DNA of 64,000 nt from Blepharisma stoltei ATCC 30299. Taxonomy: Eukaryota; Protista; Ciliophora. Location: positions 682,001 to 746,000 of the forward strand of contig CBFDEM010000002.1 of assembly GCA_965603825.1 (NCBI GenBank), read 5' to 3'. The notes below the pieces were generated by a model. The model saw only the letters and a list, made by a program, of their open reading frames with translations, searched no databases and was not told the origin of the DNA. The position numbers and the translations under genes were made by a program. Each line of letters opens with the position of its first letter. Position 1 is the first letter of the stretch. Below are positions 50,538 through 63,026 of this stretch, piece by piece.

Positions 50538-51758
50538 ATGTCAGGCGATCCCATACTAGAAAACAAAGCATTTCGGAAAGGTTCTTATCTCCATCATGTT
50601 TCTGACCCAGATGAAAAAAACATCGCAATTTTTTCTCATCTGGAAGCTCAAGATGAAGATTACGCTGACGAAGGCATCCATTGGGCCATCAAAGATTTAA
50701 AAGACAAAATTCAGCTGGGCCATATCGTAGGAGGGAACGCCCGATGTAAAGCTATGCTAGAAGCTCTCAAAATTTTCATCAGAGAATACGAATTCCCTAG
50801 AAACCGCGCAGCTAATAGAGATTTAGAAGACAAAATTGACCATTTCATTAACTATGTTAAGAAAAGCCGCCCATTGAGTTTTGGCATGGAAACTGCAGTC
50901 AAATATTTGAAGCTCAAAATCAACAAAATTCCTCTTGACGCTGAAAACTATTCAGATTTTGAGCAGAAAATCAAAAAATGACTGGTTGACCAAATCAAAG
51001 CCTTTATCAGAGACAAAATTGAGCTGCCTATTTCTATAATTGCAACTAAAGCTTCAGATATAATCAAAGATCGTGACGTAATTCTAATTTACGGCTGCTC
51101 TTCAGCTGTTCTTGCATCTCTTATTAAAGCAAAAGAATTAGGACGCAATTTTAGGGTTATAATTTCTGATTCTCGGCCACATTTTGAAGGGAAAAAAGCC
51201 TGTGATAGGCTAATTCAAGCAGAAATCCAATGCACTTATATATTGATATCCAGTATTTCTTATCATATGGTGGAAGTTACTAGAGTATTTCTTGGAGCTT
51301 CAGGATTGACTACAAATGGTTTTTTATTAAGTAGAGCTGGGACAGCTCTAGTCTGCTGTGTTGCTAACGCATTCAAAAAGCCAGTCCTCGTATGTACAGA
51401 AACTTATAAATTCAGCGAAAAAGTCCAGATTGATGCTATTTGTTACAATGAAATAGGAAACAGTGACGAACTTGTGAGTACTCAATTTTATCAAGGCGAC
51501 GTGAGGCTAAAACCTACTCTTGTAGACTGGAAAAACCAGCAAAACTTGAATATTTTAAATCTGAAATACGATTTAACCCCTGCTCATTACATAGATATGC
51601 TGGTCACTGAAGTCGGGTGCATTCCAGTCACATCAGTACCTGTTGTCCTAAGAGAATTTTCTTTAGACGCCCAGCAGAGTGACAACAAAGACCCAGAATT
51701 AGAACTGATGCTAAATACCCAAGCTGAAAATAAAGCTCCAGAATTAAATACAGTTTAA
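50538..51758 (+). CDS. EIF2B4: Translation initiation factor eIF2B delta subunit (406 aa)
   Basis: GGNARCKAML, RPLSFGM, DSRPHFEG, SRAGTA, ETYKFSEKVQID, NEIG, YDLTP, SVPVVLRE. One TGA. Confidence 0.95.
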
Positions 51759-51793
51759 CCTAACTATTAGCTACATAAATTTCATAAAAATAT

Positions 51794-54508
51794 ATGGCAA
51801 ACACATATGACAAGATTAAAGACTTTATTGGGATGCTCAATTTGCATGTAAGAGGCAAGAAAATGAAAGCCTTAGAAAGCCTGGACGAGTTTTTATTTTC
51901 CCAAAATCCTCCGAAACTGACTATGAGAGATGTCACACTACTATTCATGGGCTATGAAAACAAAAAAGGCCTTTTACTCGCAATTGGGATGGAAAATCAT
52001 CTACGAAAAACCTTAAAATCAAGCGCCCACTATGCATTGCAGCTTATAGCCCGGCTTTTAGAAACATCTCCAAGCAAATCTGACTGTATACAAGTTTTAG
52101 GACTTACAGATAGAATGATTCTTCAACAAATGAAATTTGATAAGCATTTTAAGCACGCAGAAAGCACAAAAAATAAAGGAATTTATGTAGTCTGCAAAAG
52201 TTTGAAAAAAATAAAACCATCAGTTCCAGTCGATGTCTATATTACAAGCAAAACTTATAGAGACAAATTTTTGAGCTGGCTTACACAAAATAAAGATGAG
52301 GAAAATAAAATTGAGGACGAGCCTTCAAGGTGAAGCCAAGTCCCTAAAGAAAAAATTGACGACAAGCCTGATCCTTTAGGAATTAAAAGTAATATTTCGA
52401 TTCCTAACCAAGGGACAATGTCCTTGGATTTAGTTGATATAAAATCGCCATTATTTAAACCTGCAGTATTTTTGTCAAAAGTCCATGGAAATACGACTAT
52501 TCCAGAACTGAGAAGGGGGCTGGAAAATTTGAAAAAAGGGTTTAATGATAGACAGGCTCAATTTTCAGCAATGATAGGTGAGCATTCTAAGGTATATGGA
52601 GAATGCAGAAGCTTGCTAGACGAAATGAGGGATAAGCTTGTAAAGGTGCAGCTTTCGTCTGGGTCTGCAATGAACGCCCATGAAGCTTTACAATTAGCTG
52701 AAAAATCAGAAAATTATGCACTAACACCGCTGTTGAAACAAAAGGCAGAGATGGAGAGGGTGAAAAAACTGATTTATTTGAGTAATAAATTTAGCTACTT
52801 ATTTAAGCTACCATCAATGCTGCAAACTCATCAAGCCCATTCAGATATTGATACTATTGTAGAATTATATCAAAAACACATATCAATAATTAAATCAAAT
52901 TCCCATTTACCAGTATTCTCTAACGTCGTAAAAAACGTTGATGCGATTATAGGAAATGTAAAAGAAACAATACTCCAAAACATTAAAAGGGAAAGAAATT
53001 TAAATTTTGATATGATATGAAAAGCTGCCCATCAGTTAAGCGTGCTTAATCCTGATTCTGATGGAATCCAAACAATTTTGGAAAATTTGTATCAGTTTAT
53101 TAAAAATTTTATTGAAGATATGTGGGGAAAAATTGATAAACAAGGCGAACTACCGTGGCTTATGAAAGATGAAAAAGAAAAAAATGATTTTGATATAGAA
53201 AGACAGGCAACTGAGCAGCTGATTGAAAGGATTTTGGAAAGATGTGGGCTTTATATTGGGATTTATACACAATTAATAGAAGAAACTAAAGCAAATTCTT
53301 CAAAATACCAAAGGGCTATGAAGAAATTGCAAAGAATAGGAGTTTTGCTAGCAAAAAGGCTGAGGGATAGCTTATTTGATGAAAATTCAGAAAAACCTTT
53401 AAAAGCAGTTGACATTGACGCGTTATCAACAAAAATGAAACAACTATGCCAATTAATAAAAACTAATGAATTCCAAGAATTTGGCATAGAATACACTTGT
53501 AAAGTCATAAAATGCCGGATGATTGATCTAAAAAATGAAGTCTCTGACTTATGAAAAGAAGAACTCTGAAGCAAAGATTTTGAAAATAAATACGGAACCT
53601 GCTTGCCCAGCATTTTTCACTGCATGGCAATCCAGCAGATAATGAAATTAAAAAATCATTTACCATCAATTCATGAAAAATTTATTTTAGAAATTTTAGA
53701 AGGATTGAGCGAAGCCACAATAGCTTTAGTTCAATCAATGCAAAAAACCTTAAATACAGACATAGCCCAACAAGTAAGAATCACCAATTCCCAGAAAACG
53801 CTACTTACACTATCTAACACATTTTTTATCCAAGAATTTGTCCTTCCAAACATCTCTCAAAATATCCTCGAAATTTTTAATATACAATTCTCTGATGAAG
53901 CCCAAATAATTATAAACAAAACCATAGAAAAAATATCAGAATTCCGAGAAGCATTAAAAAAATATTTTATTCAAAAAAAATCAGATAAATTTGAAAAAAT
54001 AATTGAAGCTGGGATAAATTATTGTGATGAAAATATTGGGCTTGATGCCTGCATTTTCTATAAACATATGTTGGCTGACCAAAAAATCGCGACAGAAATT
54101 CGTCCTTATGTTTTCAATTTAATTGGAAAATTAGTCAGGTCTATTGAAGAATTAAAAAGAAAATGCCCTGATTTAAGGAAAGAATTAGAACAAAGCTTCG
54201 CTGAAGAAATCGCTCACTTGTGGAGACGAAGCATTCAGGTCCATCATAAACAGTTCGATATTAAAGAAACCATCCAAATCTGAATTGAGCTGGAATTTTA
54301 CCAAGGAATTTTGCCGAAAATTGAAATAAAAAATCTTGAAAAATGTTTTTATTATTTAAAAAAAATTTATTCAAAGCTGAAAGGGCTAAGTAAATTAGTA
54401 AATACAGAAGAGATATTTATTGGTAAATTGAAAGACGCAAAAGATGAATTAATTATGGGCTCGAAGTACAAAATTAGGTTGATGAAAGAGTGCTTAGACA
54501 TTAATTAA
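51794..54508 (+). CDS. SEC5: Exocyst component Sec5/EXOC2-like (904 aa)
   Basis: Five ORFs in one frame joined by TGA. DPLGI, FKPAVFLSKVHGNTT..EL..GLENL and LFKLP motifs. Confidence 0.75.
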
Positions 54509-54525
54509 TAAAGTTTAATGATTTT

Positions 54526-55827
54526 TTAGTTATTCCATTCTGGGATTTTTTCTTCGAATTTCTTTTTGCATCTTTGGCATACCTTTACTGGTCTCTTTTT
54601 AGGAGGCCTTACTTCTCTAGACTTGTTGTTGTCGTTTTCCTTCTCTTTTTCAATTTGCCTTAGCTGTTCTCTTAAACTTTCTACTTCTCCTGTATATTTA
54701 TTTGAGCTGATTCTTCTTTTTTCTTCTAAATCTCTATAATTTTGCGTCAAATTCATTAATTTATTTTCTAGCTCAGTGATTTTTTCAGCGTAAACGCCTT
54801 GGAGTGTTCCGTATTGTTCTTTTATGATATTTAAGCTTTCTTCGTTTTCCATTGCTTGGTTTCTGAATTTATTAGCAAAGTCCTTAGTTTTCTGTTGTGC
54901 TAGCCTTTGGGTTTCTTTAATTTCTTGTTTAGCTTCATTATTCTGCCTTTGAAATTCTATTTTTCTTTCTTCAATTTCGCGTTCCAGCTCCTGTTGTCTT
55001 TCTATAAGCATTTTTTCTCTGGAAAGCCTTTCATGCCTAAGTTTCAAATATTCCTTAGTCAGCTGAATTTTTGCTTCTTCATCTCTTTCTACCATTGATT
55101 TTAGCTCTCTAATTTTATCATCATCCACTTCTTTCCTCATAGCCATTTCCTGCTCCCTCACCTTATCTTCATCCGCCAAAGCATCAAGCTCACTTTGATA
55201 ATTTTCTCTTTCTCTTGCTAACTGCTGCTTTAATAGATCTACTTCTATCGCTAAAAAGTTCATTTCTTCATTAGGCAAATACACTGTCCTCAGCAAATGT
55301 TTAGGAGTTTTCGTTGTTTTGCCTACTTTGCAATTATGGCCAGCTCCATTATAAGCTTTACATAGAGAGCACCATGAGCAGTCTTGGTTTTGTTTTCTGG
55401 CGGAGCGTGGTCTTTTGTCTTGGAAAAAAGTGTTTTGGTGAGGCTGAGTTTTGGAGACGGTCAAAAATTCTTTGATTTTCATCATATCTTGCTGCTCCTG
55501 GAGCCTCAGCATGTCGTTTTCTTGAGAAAGCTTCATTATTTGTTGGCGCTCATTGAATATTATATTTTGAATTTCTCCTAGTTTTGTCTGCAATTCGTAA
55601 ATTTTGTCGTTGGAATTTTTGACGTCCTTAAGCTTTTTGATAAAGTCCTTTTGGTTGTGGTGCAAGGCCTCAATGTTTTCGAGCCACTCTTCACGGCCTT
55701 TCTCAAATAATGAAGTCCTAGCTCGATAATGTGAAAGAAGCTTGATTTTGTCAGCTGGAATCGCAAATTTCTGGGAAAAATCGAGCTCGATGTCGTTGAG
55801 GAACTCGGTGCATACGCTTTCAGACAT
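54526..55827 (-). CDS. CCDC77: CCDC77-like coiled-coil protein (433 aa)
   Basis: LLSHYR...IYELQ..L...Q..IFNERQQIMKLSQENDMLRLQEQQD..KI matches the CCDC77 pattern. Confidence 0.7.
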   Translation of the reverse strand: MSESVCTEFLNDIELDFSQKFAIPADKIKLLSHYRARTSLFEKGREEWLENIEALHHNQKDFIKKLKDVKNSNDKIYELQTKLGEIQNIIFNERQQIMKLSQENDMLRLQEQQDMMKIKEFLTVSKTQPHQNTFFQDKRPRSARKQNQDCSWCSLCKAYNGAGHNCKVGKTTKTPKHLLRTVYLPNEEMNFLAIEVDLLKQQLARERENYQSELDALADEDKVREQEMAMRKEVDDDKIRELKSMVERDEEAKIQLTKEYLKLRHERLSREKMLIERQQELEREIEERKIEFQRQNNEAKQEIKETQRLAQQKTKDFANKFRNQAMENEESLNIIKEQYGTLQGVYAEKITELENKLMNLTQNYRDLEEKRRISSNKYTGEVESLREQLRQIEKEKENDNNKSREVRPPKKRPVKVCQRCKKKFEEKIPEWNN

Positions 55828-56704
55828 TTAAATTAAGAATTATTAGCAATATTTAAGCTACTTATAAAAAATGAATTAGGATTTATATTTTCCTAAGCTT
55901 AAATATCAATCATAAAGCTTAGTATTAGTTCAAAGATGAAAGCTAGAATTTAAAATTGATAAAATCAGTTTATAATTATTAAAGTAAAATAACTTAATTG
56001 GCACAGCAGTGAAGCTCAAAGAAATTTAAAGTTGCCGAAGGGTTTTTATATAATATTAATTAATTAATTTGAATTATACTATTGATTATATCTTCAATGA
56101 CAATTTGATTTTAATTACTAATAGTTATTTCTTTGAAAGTAATATAAATAGAAAGCCTTCTATTAATAAAAATTAGCCTTCTAATTATCTCTGTGCTTAA
56201 TTTTATTTATAGGCCTTTTCTCAATTGTAATTTACATAGAATCCCATAGGATTTCAAAATTAAATTGGCAGACTGCCGTCATTAATGATTATAGATTTTA
56301 AGTAGCTTTAACAAAAAAAGAAGCTGCTGAAGTCAAAAATTTGCCTAGAAAAATAATAACCAAAAGGCTAATTTGTCTAATATGAATCTCATGAAAAGTC
56401 ATCAAAGTAAACCCAATTTTTTTTATATAAAAAATATGCTTTCTTAACATAATCCTTGAAAATTTTTATTTAGATATTTAAAAGGACATTTCTAGATTAT
56501 CAAGATCTGCTTTCAATGCATCATTTTCTAATTAACTACAGTCATATTGATATTAATTCCACTTATTCTCTTCAAAAATAACAGAAATAGCACCCTCTAT
56601 CTTTCCTCTAATTTATAACTAAATAACATAGTTTAAATTTATGAGCTTTCCAAATCCAATGAATTAATTCTGCATCTCGAGTTCATAAAACGTATATTTT
56701 TTAA

Positions 56705-58609
56705 ATGGGTACTTGTCCTTCGGCGAAATTCCCTGGATCCAATCCTAAAAAGATCCCTTCATTTTATTACCTAGACAGAAAGCGGCAAAAGATTTACTTC
56801 ATTGAGCCTGGAAAAGTCACTTCCTCCCAATTCCAATCATCCATGGTTTTTCCTTATGACGCTGCAATTGCCTATATCCAAGACTCTTGCATACTTATAG
56901 CTGGCGGCACATATCTAGGCCAACTTATAAGCAGAGTAACTTTAATTGACCCCAAAAATAAAAAAGTCCGTTTTCTTTCCTCACTTCCAACCCCAGCCAA
57001 AGAAGGAAGACTTTTTGAATATCAAAATTGAATATATTATGTAGGAGCTGTTTCAAAAGCAATTTTACATCCAAGATCATCCCAAGAGGAGCCTGCTCCT
57101 CTTATGAGATATGATGTTAAAAAAAATAGATGGGAATATTTTACAAATTCAAAAACTGAAGAGTTAATAAAAAGAAATGTTCAAGGTAAATCTGAAGAAG
57201 ATATTGAAGAAATCAAAGCTCTTGAATTCAATTTAAAACACCTTACTTTAAGAGATTTATTATTACCTGGATCATTTATGATTGCTGAAAAGATTTATTT
57301 TGTGGGTGGATTTATTATGGACGACCTTGGAAGATTGGTACAAAATAATCAAGTTTTTTCTCTGAATTTAAAAGATAGGCTTCAATTCAAAGCTGAGCCA
57401 TTTCAGCTACCGTTTTATGTGTTAAGGCCGATTTGTTCATCAGGAAGTAAACATGTAATTATTACTGGTGGAGTAAATCCATCATCAGGACGTCCGAATG
57501 AATGCAGCTGCATTTTAACTATAACTGACTCGGTATTTAAATTTACCCCTTTAGATATATTAGAAGTAACTTTTTATGAAACTTGTTGTCCAATTTACCA
57601 AGACTATTGTGTCTTTTTCCCTAGATACCCAAAAGTTCCTGTACGAGGTAAAAAATGCAAAGAATGAAAATTATTTGACATAAGAAAAGAAAGAAAAAAA
57701 AAGTTCATAGAAACAAAAGGATTCATCAAAAAGGAAAACGATTTTGGAGAAGCAGAAATTCCACCAATAAAAAGAATAAGAAAAATGATAATAAATTTTG
57801 ATATTTGTGTTCATAAAGAAGAAAGAATTGAGTCTATTAAAAAAGTAGCAGAGCTTGATGAAGAAGAAATTGATATTTATTTTGAAGAGTCTGAAGAAGA
57901 TGGAGATTCTGAAATCCCTGACGATCAGCTGTCAGGGGTCAGCGAAGGAATTATTATTGAAAAAGGTGCTGAGGTGAAAAAAATAAAAAGAAAATACTAT
58001 TTTGATTCTGAAAAAAGCCTGACAAGTCCGAAGTCAAATACAGATTTTGAGTTTTTAATTACACAACGTGCAAATAAACTGTATGAGGAAGAAGAAATTG
58101 ATAATAGTTTTGAAAAGTCGAGCGATTCTCAAATCCCTGACGATAGGTTATCGCAGATAAGTGAAGGAATTATTGAGGAAAAACGTGATGAAATAAAAAA
58201 AATATATAGAAAATACTCTTTTGACTCACAACAAAGCAAGAAATCAGCTGCAGATTTTCAATTTATTGATGCACACAATAGTAAACTATGTGATGAAGAT
58301 TCTGACCCAGGAAGCATAAGTGAGCTATCTCAAGTCAGCGAAGGAGTTATGTCAAATAAAAATGAGATGATAAGAATGATAAATAAAAAAAAATCTGCTG
58401 ATAGGACTATATGGAGCTCAACGGGGTCAATAAATATAGGTGAAGTAGATAGCTTAATTCAGCCAATGAAGGGTAGAGTAAACGATATGGATGCAAGGTT
58501 AAGGAGTCAAATTGGTATTGAAGATGCATTAGAAATAGAAAACAGCTCTATTGATTTGAAAAACTATGAGACTCCAGATACAAAAAGTAAAGACAGCTCG
58601 ATCCCATAA
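56705..58609 (+). CDS. Kelch-repeat protein with MGTC acylation motif and repeated acidic tail (634 aa)
   Basis: Three ORFs in frame via TGA. FYYLDR, ILIAGG, PAPLMRY and IYFVGG. The tail repeat EEEID...DSxIPDDxLSxxSEGII occurs ~2.5 times. Confidence 0.8.
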
Positions 58610-59007
58610 AGATGAGCACAATTTTAAATGCGTTTTTATAATAAATTTTTGGATTTTGGTTAATCTTAGATTGAAAAATAAATAGCTTAGGCTAAATCAA
58701 CATTAAAAAGATATATATAATCATTATATAAAGAATCTTTGAGTAATCAGCTTTAAATAATTTATCTTAAATCATGAAAATTGAGTATTTAATACATAAA
58801 AGGTAATAAAAATTCCAAGCCATAATCAATAAAATAATTTAATTAGTATTATTATATCATAATCTATTGAAATAATTTAAAAATTTTCTTAGAAATACTG
58901 ATTTTTTTGCACAAATATTCTTTTAATTCTCGACAAACAGCATTCTCTCATTTTCTATCATAAATTTTGAATAATTGAGAGAGTGAAGAAATAAATAAAT
59001 CCATAAA

Positions 59008-59370
59008 ATGTCCTCATTTTCGAGACAAGGTTTACCTCAGAAAAAAGGCTCTTCAGACAAAAATGTAATAATTTCACAAGAAAGAAACCATTATAGACTC
59101 GGAGGGTCCTGAAGAGCTCCACATCCACAATTAGTCAAAGTTATCAAGAAATTAAATCCACCAAGCCCATGTAAATTAGTTAGAGACAAAGAGCAGCCTA
59201 TTTCAGGCAGCATATTAAGGGCTATTGCAGTTATTGATGAGCCAGAAACTAATGCTCCTCCAAAAATACCAGAAAAAGAAGTGACTACGCAAAGTAAAAA
59301 GTCGCTGTCTTTTTCTCTGGAAAATAGCTCTATTCTGAAAAGACGAGTTAATCGTGTTGGAATACAATAA
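59008..59370 (+). CDS. Hypothetical basic protein (120 aa)
   Basis: taaaATG start and an open frame with one TGA to TAA 59370. Higher GC than its flanks. No recognisable domain. Confidence 0.55.
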
Positions 59371-59848
59371 ATTATAATTTAATGTTGTTATCTTCTCATG
59401 AGATTATTCAATCGCTCTTTATGAATTATTGGTTAAAAAGAGAACATTATTCCTCAATATGAATAAAAAATTAAAGAAATGAAGCTATTAGTTAATATTC
59501 ACTTTAATTGTATTAATTTCAAATAATAGCTTAAATTTTTAAGTTTCATTTTAAAAAATGTAACTGCCTGTATCTTAATTTATTTTTGAGAATCTTATTT
59601 AAGCCTTAGAACTGATTTTCAAAACTCATAAACTAATCAAATAATGCCAATTATATTATAAGTAAAAAATTTTTCTTTTTTTACTTTTAACAGAACTTTA
59701 CCACATTCTAGAATAATTTCAATTCTTTTCTTAACAAGCCTTCTACACAACATTTTATAATTATTTAGGCTTATCGACTGAGCCAACACAAATCTTTTAG
59801 AATGAGAATATATTAGAAAGAATAAAAATGTAAAACTAGACAACCAAC

Positions 59849-62233
59849 ATGCTGATTTTTATTTCCCTGATTAATCTCGCATTTTCAACTTGAGAATATC
59901 ACCAAATTAAAGGCTCTGACACCGTAATCCCTATTTAGACTTTCAATTTCTGTCAATATTACAATTCCCCTTGTTCTACTCCTGACTCCTTTCCATTCCC
60001 CCGACATTCTTCAACCTCAGTCTTATACACATCCTGGACGATTGACGATATCAATAATTTATGTCCAGGAACTGAATGTGGGCCTTTATGCGATTATAGT
60101 AAACCTTCCTGCTACGTTGATTTTCGTAATCCAAAAGACTCTAGTGATACAACTAAAGGTGGAAGAGGAGACCTACCGACTCCGTCAGGCACCACAACAG
60201 CTATTGGGAATGTCTCAGTTTCATGGTGTCCTACCTCTTGTTGCAATACAGAAAACTGTTTAAGGACACATGATGTGGTAGGATACCCTGTAAATGCTAG
60301 CGAAGAGTATATTTTGGTATTTGGAGGAGTTTCTTTAAGAAATGTGACAGTAGATGGACAACTTTTATATGACACTTGTAGCGCGGATCTTGAAGAAGCG
60401 CTTGCTAAAGGATATACAGTAAATTTCGCAAACCCTTGTGGAGGGCAGCTTTTGAACGAAATTTGAAGATACAATATCAAGAGAAATACCTGAGAATATC
60501 TAAAGCCGACCATAAATTTACTTAAAGCCAGCACTTATCTGTCTCCATATCCTAGATTTGGCCACTCTTCTGTCTATATCGAACTTTTAAAAAATGACAC
60601 ATTAACCAATACCAAAGTAACTAGAAAATACATGTACATATATGGCGGATTTGCATTAGAATGCATGGACGCCTGCAGTGACTTATGAAGATACGAAATC
60701 CCTTGAGCTGCCCAACGGTACTACCCTGAGCCTTCTTCCAGCTCAGACTACTGAAACAGAGGCGACTCTTGAGAAAACTTAACTACCATAGTAAACCCAG
60801 GTGGCCGAACCAAGCACAATATGGTCGCTTCTCCTGACAATGACTATATATACTTATTCGGCGGCTACGGAAATGAAACTTTTTATAATGACTTATGAAG
60901 ATGAGACATTCAAGACGGTTCATGAGGGACAATGCAGACATTTGGGATCAATAAAATCACACGGAGCATTACTTTGAGAGACGGGACAAGCTACCAGCTA
61001 CTTATGAGTGAAGACGAAAGGAAAACGACTGATTATTTAGAATACTCCTCTAATTCTAATATCCCACAGGCTAGGTCTTCTGCCTGCATGATCTATTTTA
61101 GGTCACATGAAGACTATTTATTGCTTTTTGGAGGCTGAGGACTCAGAACTCAGCCATATGGGACTATGACTATTGGGGTAGCTCTTGACGATTTTTGGAA
61201 TTATAGCATAAAAAACAAAAAATGGACCCGAATTTATTCTAATGACACTGGGCCTTCCCCAAGAATAGAAGCTAGCATGATCCAGCTGGATTCTTCAAGA
61301 GTGCTTCTATATGGAGGCAGAAAGCAAGACACCACTTTTAATGATGTCTGGGTGTATAATTTAGATACAAACCATTGGTTTAATTGGACAGATCTGCTAT
61401 TAGACCAATCTGATTACTACCCAAAAGGCAGCTACCGAGGTAACCTTGTATTGACTTCTAAAGGAGTTTTCGCATATGGTGGGAATTATATAAATGCTAC
61501 TAACATGAACAAAATGGACACCGCAAATGCAGCATATAAAAATTACCTTGCAGAATGCAGTGATACCCTTAGTGAATATAATATCACAATTACAAACCTT
61601 ACTAATACTAAATTTGCAGAGAAATTGTATAATCAAACTAATAATACCTGTTTTTCTGACATATCTTTTGCCCCAAGTTATGTAAAAAATGTGGAGTTTA
61701 TACAAGGGGTATGGTTTTTAAACCTGACAACATGTATGAATGACTGTAGTGGGAATGGGACTTGTTATTATTCTACATGTATTTGTGATATTGGGTATTA
61801 TGGAGAATATTGCCAATATAAGTCATGTCCTGGGTCTTTGTGCTATTATGATAATGAATTTTTTACGATTTCGGAGTGCTTGCATTGCTCTGGGAATGGA
61901 AATTGTATAGATGGGGCTTGTGTTTGTAATAGTGGGTATTTAGGAGATGATTGCTCTATTACAGACTGCAAAACGGCATGCTCAAGCGGAGGCAGCTGTG
62001 TTGAAATGTACCCGATTTCTCAATGTGATTGCAATGGAAAAAACGGGGATGACCAATGCAGCGTAACTTTTTGTTTGAATACCTGCAATGAGCCGAATGG
62101 AGCTTGTAATTTGACACTAGGGGAATGTACCTGTAGCTCTGGATTTTATGGGCTAGACTGCTCTGTCCAGGCTATTCAAAGCTGGGGGATTGACTTGACG
62201 ATTAGCTTCATAACTTTAACAATATTTTGATAA
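59849..62233 (+). CDS. Secreted or surface Kelch + EGF-repeat protein (attractin/tenascin-like, ~789 aa) with hydrophobic C-terminus
   Basis: Signal peptide MLIFISLINLAFS, a 15-nt intron, Kelch blades (LVFGG, YIYGG, YLFGG, DLWRY with W=TGA) and CSGNGxC EGF repeats. Ends TTT TGA TAA. Confidence 0.88.
59924..59938 (+). other. 15-nt spliceosomal intron GTAATCCCTATTTAG
   Basis: Contains an in-frame TAG, so it must be removed to join the signal peptide to the Kelch region. A at position 10. Confidence 0.9.
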
Positions 62234-62371
62234 ATGTATCTGAAAATTAATTTAATTGAATTCTACAAAAAACTATTTTTTATTGTTTTGCTATCAATTA
62301 AATTCTCTAATTAAAATTTGTATTAACTTAAATCAAATCATAAATTTCAGCTTTTCCTATTGTGATGATAT

Positions 62372-62824
62372 TTAAGCTAAGTAAAAATCAACAAATTTTT
62401 CACCTGCATTTGAATGGGTCGGGAGCAAATGCGTAACAATTTCTTTTAAATGGTCAAGTGTGGGTAGATATGTGCATGATCTAAAAACTATCCTTTTAGT
62501 CTCTTCAACAAAAAAGTAAACACCATAAGGTTCATCATTATTCAATGGTATCAATTGTTTCAGTATTTTTTGGACATCAATATCGTCTGATAGTGCAAAT
62601 TCAGTTTCCATGCTCAAAAAGCTTTCTTTTTCTAGCTTGATAATGGTCTGCAGAAGAGCTCGTATGACGCCTTGTTTTCATTCGCGAACTTGGTTGATGA
62701 CAAAAATAGAAGTTTTCTCTGGGTACTCTTGAAGATTTATAGTTGCTGACAATAATCTTTCATAATTGGCTTTTATTTCAATCATATCTGTCTTATATGG
62801 TTCGTCAGCTTCAAGAGAACTCAT
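62372..62824 (-). CDS. Hypothetical protein (~150 aa)
   Basis: Two ORFs in frame through TGA at 62678. First in-frame ATG at 62824. Confidence 0.6.
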
Positions 62825-63026
62825 TTCACTTTTTAATAATTTTATTGATAAAAATCCCAAAACTCTGCAAATTTTTTAAAATTAATCAATTAATTATCAA
62901 TTGGATTAGCAAATAAATGATTTTAATGTTTTTGTTATTTATGTATAAACAATAGGTAGTTAATTTCTTTCATTTTATTAATTGCAATAATTTTAATTTA
63001 CAATCTAAAACGAATATTAAACTATA

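Noticed and set aside
18051-61705. Antisense ORFs such as 18051, 26876, 30034, 30914, 42265, 45230, 47693, 53263, 60112 and 61400
   Set aside because: They lie opposite well-supported genes and have shadow-type composition.
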